Assembly (NCBI GenBank): GCA_964106915.2
Contig: OZ066920.1
Strand: one strand, 5' to 3'
Length of the DNA: 64,000 bases
DNA from: Podarcis gaigeae
Lineage: Eukaryota
Position numbers and translations under genes: made by a program. Positions within the stretch are counted from its first letter, which is position 1; each line of letters begins with the position of its first letter. Shown here piece by piece: positions 25,601-64,000 of this stretch. The notes under the pieces were generated by a model that saw nothing but the letters and a program-made list of their open reading frames with translations, was not told the origin of the DNA and searched no databases.

Positions 25601-28600
25601 ATGGGCATGCATGCCAAAGAAAGGAGTGGGAAAACAGGGATCCTGTGGCTTATAGCTGACTGACTGTGAAAAGACAGCATTCCTGGTGGAGTACATTGAA
25701 GCTATTTCCTTTTAAAATGTTTAGATTCTTCCTAAACCTGTAGTTGAAGTTGTTATGTTTTGGAACTTTTTTCCTAGATGATGTTATTCACTATATTAAT
25801 CAGCTAAAGCTGATTGCTTGACTAGTGTGGCTCATTTTCATTTTTTTAATGGCATTTCATGGCATTTCTGAGTTCAATATAGCATATAATCACTTGATAA
25901 ATATAAGTATGTGGCAGGGCTGAAACTCAAATTCCCAGAACAATGAACAACTTGCTTTGGAGTTCTGTTGAGTTACTGTAACAGGGAACAAGGAAGAATT
26001 ACTGTTGTTCATATGGCCAACTGTGGGTGGTTATTTTTAAAATAAAAAGTTTCCATAGTCCCTTTTAATATTTCAACAAAGACACAAATTGATTTTTTTG
26101 CGCAGTAACAGAAACAATCATTGTTCTTTTCCAAGATATTCATTGTTGCACTTTCCTTTATTTCTTTACAGATTCTTCAGTAGACCTAGAACTTATTTTT
26201 TAAAAACCTTTTTCTTACTTGTGAATATACTGGGTATAATTATATTATGCAATTTTTGGCAGGTTGACGAAATCAGAGAGATGGTAGATAATGATCTGGG
26301 ATTTCAACAAGCTCCTCTTACATGCTCCAGAACTAAGACACTGTTATTTATTTCTAATGATAAAAAAGTAACAGGATGCTTAATCGCCGAACATATCCAA
26401 TGGGTGAGTAAGACTCTGTCCAGAACAAGTTTCTTCTTCATTCATTGGGTGTTTTTTTTAAGCTCTCTTCATTTTTGTAGTATTTTCTGTGGGTAGGCCA
26501 TACTATAAAGAGCATTATTTGCAAGTGGCCCAGTCTTCTGAGTTATGTTGAAGGCTGGTTTTTGGCTTTTGTTCTGTTTTTAAACTTCCATATGCTTCTT
26601 GACATAGCTGGCAGTAACCCTTTCTGTAATGGGCAATGTGAACTGTTTGCGGAGGGAAGGAGTAGCATATGTGAACTGTTTTCCTTTATAAAATGAGCTG
26701 TTAGCTTTATGCCTGAAGCAATCTGGAATATCTTCTGTAAGTGGGTTTACTCATAATTCTGTCTGTCTGTTGCAAGCTCCAAGCTGCCTGAAGACAATGT
26801 TCTCTAGTTCTGCTCAGATATCATAAAGAACATAGCTGGGGGGTGTTTTTTTAATGAGGTATTTCCTTCTACCCCCAAAAAATATGTCCGAATGAGGGAT
26901 ACTGTCAAGATGAATTGTATGCTGGCCCAGCTGGTCAGAGGACAGACACACCCTGAAGGGGACTGGTGCAGACCATATACCCTAATTAACTTCTAAAGTT
27001 CCACATTGTAGGGAGTGACTGTTGACTCTAGCAGACGATTTCTCAGTTTGAAACACGAAAGCTGCCTGCTTTTTGTTCTTTTCCTTGCAATAAAAATGGC
27101 AACGGTGTGACTGAACAAAATTCTGAAAGGAGGTAGTGATGAAAACATCTATAATAGACAAGTTCACCTTACATTAGCTGTTTTAGTGCACTTTGCATTG
27201 GTAAAGTATGCTGAAGCTAGGTTTGTTCTCTAGGGATACAGAGTTATCGAAGAAAAGATACCAGAAGTTAGTTCAGAAAACGAGAAAGTCACATTTGAAA
27301 GGCAAAAGGCTTGGTGCTGCTCAACGTCTCCTGAGCCTGCTATCTGTGGAATTAGTCGCATCTGGGTGTTTAGCATGATGCGTCGGAAGAAAATTGCTTC
27401 TCGGATGTTAGAATGTTTGAGGTAAACATTTATATTGTATTTTAGTATGAAATGTGTTAAGTATAGGACTGGAGTCCCCATCATGGTGCCTGCAGCCACA
27501 CATACACCATCCCTGATACCCACGAGAGGATCTCAGTCCTTAGAAACAAACAAAAACTAGTTTGTTGAAGGCTTTTTCCACCTCTGCTGTCTGTTAAGAA
27601 TAGTTCCACTTTCTTTGGCCTCTGTACAGAGTTTTAAAATGCCCTACAATCTTTGCCCTTCGCTTCTCAATTCTAGCCAGAGGTATGGAGAGAATGTGCT
27701 GCGATGGATGTGTCAATAAGGAACAAAAAGATAGAGTCTTTGTGAAAGGGAAGTGGCAAGGCACATTTTTAGCAGCAATAACCACAGGGTTTCCCCCCCT
27801 TTCTGTGGGAAGGGAGTGGGAGCTTTTTGGATCTCCTCCCAAAAAAAAGTCCCATGAGAGAGGGCTGAATGACTGGGGAGCAATTCTGTAGTTCTCTCCA
27901 TCCAAATAAGCCACAGGCCTCAACAGCACCCCACAGCTGTGGCTTTCCCAATTGGGTGGGCATATCTTATAGTATTGGATAGACTATTTTTACAGAGCAG
28001 TTAATGGACCCAAAGCCCAGTTCCTCATGATTTTCACAAGGTACCAGCTGAAAGCCAGCATCAAATCACAGATCGCATTGACGTCCACCAGATTTGTGGA
28101 ACTTGGCAGGTGCTGCAAGGGGTAGATTTTGGAGAAGGAAAGGGGGAATCTCATTCCACTCTTGGGCAGGACACAGTTGAATAGTGCCCAAAATATTTAG
28201 CATTTTATACAGCCATCTGAATACTCTAAAGTGCTTCACAAATTATAATATTAATCTATTTACTTTTTATGTTTGCAAGCATGCTTAGTCAGCCAGTCAC
28301 ATCTTTCACTTTATTTGCTATTATTGGAAGCCTTCTGTTTTATCGTAACTATGAGTCCAGAGAGTAGATAGTCATATTTCAAAAGTTGTGTGAACTGCTG
28401 TAATTTCTCTTCTTACCCTCTCCTCTGGTCTTTAAAACTGCTTTTTCAAAAACATGGAATAGGGTAGCATTTGATGGTGCCAGTTGTTTCACTTGATTGA
28501 TGGGGATTACGGTATTTGATCAAATAGCATGGTACCCGTATATGTTATGTTAACACTATTCCTTTTTAAAATATCTTTAAACAGGAGTAACTTTATATAT

Positions 28601-28732
28601 GGCTCATATTTGAGTAAAGAAGAAATCGCCTTTTCTGATCCGACCCCTGATGGAAAACTGTTTGCAACACGGTACTTTGGTACTAGTCAGTTCCTGGTAT
28701 ATAACTTTCTCAGTGGACAACAACCTGCTTAG
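14657..28732 (+). CDS. ESCO1: N-acetyltransferase ESCO1 (establishment of cohesion 1 homolog 1), complete CDS, 9 coding exons, 1007 aa
   Basis: Exons 14657-16687, 17346-17457, 19322-19388, 20839-20953, 21560-21691, 24254-24343, 26263-26403, 27234-27421 and 28585-28732 sum to 3024 nt in one frame. Motifs: [19 protein letters not shown]-like QLIIDAGQKRF, C2H2 finger [17 protein letters not shown] core [31 protein letters not shown]. Confidence 0.97.
17346..17457 (+). CDS. ESCO1: ESCO1 coding exon ([16 protein letters not shown]...KPQ)
   Basis: ctttag|GGC ... G|gtgaat, 112 nt. Confidence 0.85.
18297..18392 (+). mobile_element. Penelope-like element terminal fragment with minimal hammerhead ribozyme motif
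   Basis: CTGAAGAAGTGTGCATGCACACGAAAGCTC...TTAGTTGGTCTTTAAGGTGCTACTGGA, flanked by a 13-bp direct repeat ATGTGCTGTGTGT (18286-18298 and 18393-18405). Confidence 0.75.
19322..19388 (+). CDS. ESCO1: ESCO1 coding exon ([23 protein letters not shown])
   Basis: ttatag|AT ... AG|gtatca, 67 nt; bridges phase 1 to phase 2. Confidence 0.8.
19481..19628 (-). mobile_element. tRNA(Lys)-derived SINE with CR1-like tail
   Basis: Minus strand reads GTCGGTAGAGCATGAGAATCTTAATCTCAGGGTTGTGGGTCGAAGACCCACG (tRNA-Lys-like head) then a tail ending ATTCTATGATT. Confidence 0.75.
20839..20953 (+). CDS. ESCO1: ESCO1 coding exon ([14 protein letters not shown]...DKQLII)
   Basis: ttaaag|G ... ATA|gtaagt, 115 nt. Confidence 0.9.
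21560..21691 (+). CDS. ESCO1: ESCO1 zinc-finger exon ([44 protein letters not shown])
   Basis: atatag|GAT ... GTG|gtaaga, 132 nt. Confidence 0.96.
23325..23443 (+). other. ESCO1: Candidate alternative stop-containing (poison) exon of ESCO1
   Basis: Strong acceptor tttttgttttgtttttccatgcag| and donor GAAG|gtagtt; reads [17 protein letters not shown] in frame with the upstream exon. Confidence 0.7.
24020..24172 (+). mobile_element. 5'-truncated Sauria SINE
   Basis: 3' half ending GGCAGGGGTACCTTTACCTTTA; flanking repeat TACAAGGAATA. Confidence 0.85.
24254..24343 (+). CDS. ESCO1: ESCO1 coding exon ([30 protein letters not shown])
   Basis: ttttag|GGC ... AAG|gtagaa, 90 nt. Confidence 0.96.
25277..25406. 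mobile_element. hAT-type palindromic MITE
   Basis: Internal inverted repeat GGTCCCCAGATGTTGTTGGA / TCCAACAACATCTGGGGACC; flanking direct repeat TCTAAAC. Confidence 0.75.
26263..26403 (+). CDS. ESCO1: ESCO1 coding exon ([47 protein letters not shown])
   Basis: tggcag|GTT ... TGG|gtgagt, 141 nt. Confidence 0.96.
27234..27421 (+). CDS. ESCO1: ESCO1 GNAT exon ([10 protein letters not shown]...[26 protein letters not shown])
   Basis: ctctag|GGA ... AG|gtaaac, 188 nt. Confidence 0.96.
28585..28732 (+). CDS. ESCO1: ESCO1 last coding exon ([48 protein letters not shown])
   Basis: aaacag|G, stop TAG at 28730-28732. Confidence 0.96.
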
Positions 28733-29327
28733 AGTGGAAATTTTATAGCAAAATTATTGCCCAGCTGCAGACAGAGAATGGGGCACTTCCTAGCAGTTAA
28801 CTCAGGAGTAGTAACAACCAAAATGTGGTTGCTGTATTTTGTTAACTGTAAACAGTACAAAAAGTAGGGTAATTTTTTTAAAGGCTATTTTTATATAAAG
28901 AATGTATTATATCTATAGTAACTTAGTCATGTTTACATGCAGTATATAATTGTTCATAGTGGACTGTCAACTAGTGCAAGAACTGTGGTCACCTTTAAAG
29001 TACATTTTGAAGTTCACAATGAAGTAATATACCAGGGCAGTGACAGTATTTCTTTTCAATAAGAGCCTATACATACATATCATTGCTAAAAGATGTTCTA
29101 CAGCATGGAATTGTTTAGTTTCCATATACACTTTGAATGGAAAACAATGTTTAAAAAAAGACAGTGTTGAATAGATTAGCCTGAGAAGAAGGAAGCCCTG
29201 ACTTTTTTCAGCAATAGCATACTTTTTTTGTGAACTTCACTTTGATACTTTATCCAAAATCCCTCCAATTTCAGAGGGTGCATATGTTGAAAAACTGTGG
29301 CCTTTCTTGACCTGTATATAATGTAGA

Positions 29328-29860
29328 TTAAAAGTAAAGTATTTGATAATTTTAAAATAATGTACTAATGCTCAGTAAATTTAATCAATGCCTTTGATAT
29401 GGTTGAATATTAAAAGTTGACTGAAACGCTTGTCTGATTATTATATCAAAATGATGGGGTGATTACCAACTATGCTAGCTAAATTTTGAAGACCTAATAT
29501 ATCAGGTTCCTAGTGTCACTATGGAAATTTTCAGTCTAAAATGAGACTGCCTGATTGACAAGAGTCTATCTCATTTCCAATAGTAGCTGGTGAACTACCT
29601 CTAGGAAGCCCTACAACATGTAGGTGTCGCAGCTCAAAACACCACTTACCTTTACATTGTTAGTGTAACACTGGAAACACAGATTTAAAAAGTGCTGCTT
29701 TTTCACCAAATAAAAGTTTGATGGCAGGAGATTTTCCACAATTTTAAGAATAAGACAGACTCTTGAATGGTAATGTGATAACATTAATTGAATTTAATGA
29801 AAGAACATTATAAACACACTATAGCCACAATTGCAGACAATTTCAATTCAAACAATAAAA
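29328..29860 (+). terminator. Candidate ESCO1 polyadenylation signals
   Basis: ATTAAA near 29328, AATAAA at 29709-29714 and near 29854 in an AT-rich 3' UTR. Confidence 0.4.
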
Positions 29861-32800
29861 TGTGAGGTAGACTGGCTAGTGAAGCTAAATTCACCAAGCT
29901 TTGGTTAAGAGAATTTTACATCAAGGATTGCTTCAGACCTGATGAACTTCTTACACAGAGAGACTATGTACCCCTACATAGAGAAAAAGCAGGCAGACAA
30001 TGCAGAGCAACATATATGATGCCTACAACACAGATTTGTTATATATACATATATTTTAACAAATCTGACATGGGATAATCACACTTATGGATTTACAGTT
30101 TGCATACCTTTCACCCTAGAAATAAAAATTACCAGTATAGGAAATTGGTCAGGAGTGAAGCAGTCCTAAGAAAAATATTTAAACCCTTTTCAGAGGTAAC
30201 ACAAAACAGCTGCATAAATTACAGATATGAGTGATTTGTTTTATAATTACAGATTACATTCAATATTAACCGGTGTCTTAACTACTTATATTTGACAAGT
30301 CTACCGGTAAAATAATGCTGGCCTCTTTAATACATTCATGTCACTGCCTTGCTGGCAAGGCTTGTAACCAAAATATTAGATTGTAGCATCTGGTATCTTT
30401 TTCTGATGTACTGTCCCGTAAAATCATTTAGAGAGCTTGCATTATTAAAGCATATGGATGTCAGTAATTAATATCCGAATACATTTCAGCTGGAATTCAA
30501 CCAAAACTCTTATTTCTTTGCCTAAGTGACAATGCTTTGAATGTGCTCTTGTCCAATACAGAAAGAAAATAGATATAACCAGAATCTTTCTACACAAAGC
30601 ATTCCCCAATATAACAGAGTAGTTGAGCTTCTTTACTTCCAACAATGATTTAAAATATTTCTGCACGTGTTGGTCAGTGGAGTGCACTAGTAAAAACCCT
30701 AACCAAAAACTGCATAAGTGGGGTAGCAATGTGAGGGGCAAGAGCTTCAGGCAGTTACTTTGAACTAATACTACTGAAAACCATGTTCAGAAAGCAGTGT
30801 ATCAAGTAAGGATAAGAATATGCTGTCAAGGAGATAGTACATTTTTCTAGGTAGAGAATATAGTGCTTAGAAACTGATACCCATAAACACAAACTGTTCT
30901 GAGATGGTATGTAGACAGTCTGCTACAAATATGGCCAAAAAACCCTGATTGTGTGAAAAGGCGCTTAGCCTCCAAGTTCTCAACTTACACATATTCTTGT
31001 ACCTCTTTACCAAGGGTCTAATCACTCTCAGCACATGGAATTTTAAGAACTTAGTGCAAACATCATATATACAAAGATTTTTTATCTGCAAAGTTTGCAT
31101 TAAAATGGAAACTTTCACAAATTCACCTTATGCGGGTATTAGGTTCAGCCAACGAAACCAGAACAAGACCCTAAAATGCCAGTAATTCTACATGTGTCTT
31201 AATAGGCTACACAGTGAATACACCAGCCTTGTAGTTCCTAACTGCAGTTCTTACATAACCTCCTACCAAATAAAAATTAAGGTACTCATTAAGTATAAGG
31301 CAGATTTTTTATGGGTACAAAAAATCCCAAATAACCTACACTAAAGTAAACAATCGATCATTTGAAACATGCTACATTTACATAAAGCTATAATAAAATG
31401 AACAGGTATGAAAACCATTATTTTCCTTTTCAACTTCAATCAATATATTATGCTTTTCATTATTTGTAAACAGCTTTTTCACAAGGTTAAAAAGTTGTAC
31501 AATTAACACTTTTGTTCTAAATGCAGTTTGGCAGGTGCTTCTTAATCGAATTTTTGTGTTCTTAATTATATTTAGATCATAATAAGTGTAATGCACAGAA
31601 TGAAATTCTCACTAACAAGATGAAAACGGGCTGCATATAAAATATTGGTGTGACAAGAAAAGTGTAAGAATGGCAGTGAAGGAAGAACCACCACAAAGCG
31701 TAACAGTAGGAAAAGCTGGAAAAAGCAGAGTAGGACAAAGGAAGTGAATTCTATCTATAAATGTTAACTGCATTATGAAGCCCTGATTGTACCGTACTCA
31801 TTTAAACTCTCAGCATATTTCACAGCACAAAGTGCTGGTATAAAGAAACCTACTCTTAAAACAATTCACAGCCTATTTTAAAATAGTGTTATTTTAACAC
31901 CTCTCTAATTCAAACAAAGCACAGAGCTTGATCCAGTTAAGCACACGCATTCAGTACCTACAAATGAAAGAAGTCTACGGGCCCCAGCTGAGTTCTGCTG
32001 TACCTGTTTCCATCAAAACAAGCATGTACTGAGGCATTACAAGGGCACTTGCAGCGACAGGAGATCTGTGCCCACCTCCCGTACCACCACCCTATTTCTG
32101 TGCCTTGTATGCTACATACCAAAAGGAACTTGTATGGTGCAACAGTAAGAATATGGAAAGTGCTCTCAGACTTTCCATTCCTTCCACTGTCTTTTCATGC
32201 TACCTGTTTATGCCCATGTGCTTGCATTGGGGAGTTGGAAAAACAGCTATATTGAACTCAGTGGAACACAGGTGCTGGAGTTGTGCTCCATTAGATCAAG
32301 CCCTAAATAGTTAAAATGACCTGGCCAACTTTTCCAGGTGTGCTTAAGACCTTTATATATATATTTATTTATTTCTCTCTGTGTGTGTATGTATGTATAT
32401 AAACACACAGCTCCTGCTGTTGGTCCCAATTCAGTTAGAAGTTATTTTAATGGACTTTATGGCTCTCAGAACTTGTGGCTCAGCTTGCTTCAGCCATTAA
32501 ATACTTCACGCTTCTGGCCTATGGTTCGTCTGTTTTTCGTGGGTTAGTAAATGCTCTCCATAAAAGCACACATATAGCATTCTCTACCCAACAAACTATA
32601 GAGAAAGTTGAAGCAAGCGAGACACCGACTGCAAAAAGAAATAAAGGAACTTCTGCTGTGTGAGAACAAGCAAGAAGGCTGATTTGTCACCTCAAAATGA
32701 TTTCTGATAGTACTGAGGATTACATCATTTTGGGGGAAGTTTAAGCACACCGATGAGACAATATGCATAAGCAGGCTGGTTGTCAAGATTGATCCATGTG

Positions 32801-33591
32801 CAAAAATAGGTTCCTGCACATGGCTTGGCATGCTACCAGAGAGAAAAGGCTGATCACCTACTGAGTTGAAGATCTTTCCATTCAGACCAATAATGGATAT
32901 CCCAAAAGGTGAAATAACAGCTGCTCTGACAAACCAGCATGTGCACACAAAGCCTGCCTTACATTCATCAATTTGTTCAGGCTTATGTAGTAAACTTTAA
33001 CTTTTGTGGAAATTTTGCCAAAAGTTTCAATACATATAAAATTACAAACCTTAAGCTAACACTGCACAGAAAGTGAACAAAAAATAATCTTTCAAACACA
33101 CAATTCTAGGTTACTTTTTGTCTTTTCAAACCCCTGAGTTATACCGTACCAAAAGTACAGATATGAAGAGAAATGGACAGCATTCCTCAGCATATTATCT
33201 TCAAATAATTCCACATTCTTACTGCGAACCGCATGTAACACATTCAAGCTGACAGATGCCAAAAGTCTGTTTAATTCTCCTCCTTTAGCATAGTATAAAG
33301 CGATCAGGAGAACTTGCCATCCACCAAAATGTTATTCTCCACATCATGGGTCATCATGGGTATGCCATTACGTAACAGTGACCCACGAGGAATCAACTTG
33401 AATCAATTCACTTTTCAGTCATAAAAAATAAAGTCTGGGTTAGAAATTTGGGGGATCCTTAAGAGTAGTGAACATAAATATTGGTTGCACTTTGCTCCAC
33501 AGTGATTGTACTTTCAAAGAAAGGGGGGAAAAGACACAATCCGACTTGTCAGGTTCTGTTCTTTTCCTTTGCCATTTGTTTCCTCTCAAAC

Positions 33592-62777
<29,186 letters not shown>

Positions 62778-63379
62778 CTAGTAAAGAACTTTCTTTTAGA
62801 ACAATAAGGTAGATTAAAAGGTATACCACATCCCTATGAAATCTTTCCAAGAAACAGTGCAAATAAACACCATGCCACTATTGAACACCTATCCAGCATT
62901 TCCCATCCAAATACTGCTGAACAAATGAAGATTAACAAAAAGGTTAAAAGGCAACCAGAGCTGTCCAATCTGCTCTTTTAACATCAGTGGTTACTTCATA
63001 TAATAAGTAACATTTGCAATGGAATTGATGGAATTGCTTTGTGATGGTTCTGTTTCTTCCTAACAAGCAGGTTCCAGAATTAGTGCTGAGAAGGCTGCTC
63101 CCACTCTGAGTTATACCCTACATATTTCCACTAGGTTCAAGCTTATATTCTATGCTTTTTAAAATCCCAACAAAACCACTGGGAGAGTTCATCTAGATGG
63201 AGGCATCACAAAAATGCAGATTATGCTAAATTCTATTTTCCCTTTTCACTAATGGGCTGAATGATGGTTCAGTCAAGACAAGAGAAAGCTATTTACAGTG
63301 GAGGACTTGAGAGAATGGCTAGCTGGTGAAGTCCTTGTGGTAGACGGGCTCATTCTCTCCACTAAGGAAAATAATCTTC

Positions 63380-64000
63380 TCTACACTTCTCTAAAGATGT
63401 CTGTTCCCACATGAACCTGCTTAAATGCTGAGATCAACTTCAAGAGCACTTCTCCAAGGACTGCCCACCTCTGGAACTGAAGCAAGTGACAGCAGGAGAA
63501 AGGGTCTTTTTAGAAATCCTGAAATGAATCAATTTCTTTTATCTGTATAGGACTTTTAACTTGTTTCAGTGCTGTTTCTATTTAGGCTTTTAGTTGTACT
63601 TGTTTGTAGCTGCTGATTTTTCTATTGGTTTTACTTATAAACTGTGAGTTGCTCTGAAAATGTTAAATATTTTTAAATCAAACAAAACAAATTAAGCAAA
63701 CTATTGGGCTTGACATTGCTGTAAAGTGTCTCAGTTAGCTTCCATGACCCAGAATGCCTTTTATAAGTTTTGGTTGACTGACGGTTGTGCTAGAAGAGAG
63801 AGACCTGGGTATTGGCCTTGGAGACCAGACTAGACTCTATACAGGGCATTCTTTGAAAACTGTCCAGAAACATCAACCGATGTCCATTTGTTAATAGGTG
63901 TGAGCTATTGAGAACTTCTCACGCTAACTCTGGAAAATTTCCATTTGCTACCAGTTTATTTCCAATCACCATTCAAAGTGCTGATTTTGCTCAGTTAAAC
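63380..64000 (+). mobile_element. Degenerate L2-type LINE fragments
   Basis: Remnants resembling the other L2 pieces in the window, including a T-rich 3' UTR and A-rich tail near 63680. Confidence 0.4.

Noticed and set aside
62778-62862. 5' extension of the GREB1L ORF ([16 protein letters not shown]...)
   Set aside because: Intronic read-through upstream of the ttactag acceptor; similarity to GREB1L begins at GDELDKLL

Overview
Vertebrate genomic DNA, most likely a lacertid lizard judging by the Sauria/POM-type and Squam3-type SINEs. It contains three spliced protein-coding genes from the block that is 18q11 in human: the 3' five coding exons of ABHD3 (+, 3858-7403), the complete ESCO1 cohesin acetyltransferase (+, CpG-island promoter at about 11.3-12.4 kb, nine coding exons 14657-28732, 1007 aa), and the 3' twenty coding exons of GREB1L (-, 62777-33592, about 1300 codons, tail-to-tail with ESCO1). 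Exon boundaries were read by hand and the phases are consistent. Introns carry SINEs, L2/CR1 fragments, hAT and Tigger-like MITEs, solo LTRs and a Penelope fragment. Best observations: (1) SNRPD1, which lies between ABHD3 and ESCO1 in human, is not detectable here, but an orphan CpG promoter and a minus-strand mini-exon sit in its place; (2) a stop-containing poison-exon candidate in ESCO1, placed between the zinc finger and the acetyltransferase domain and followed by RBFOX motifs; (3) a Penelope-derived minimal hammerhead ribozyme motif in an ESCO1 intron; (4) a 93-bp-arm inverted repeat and a GC-AG intron in GREB1L. No prokaryote-type system (CRISPR, operon) is present. Most short ORFs in the supplied track are spurious.
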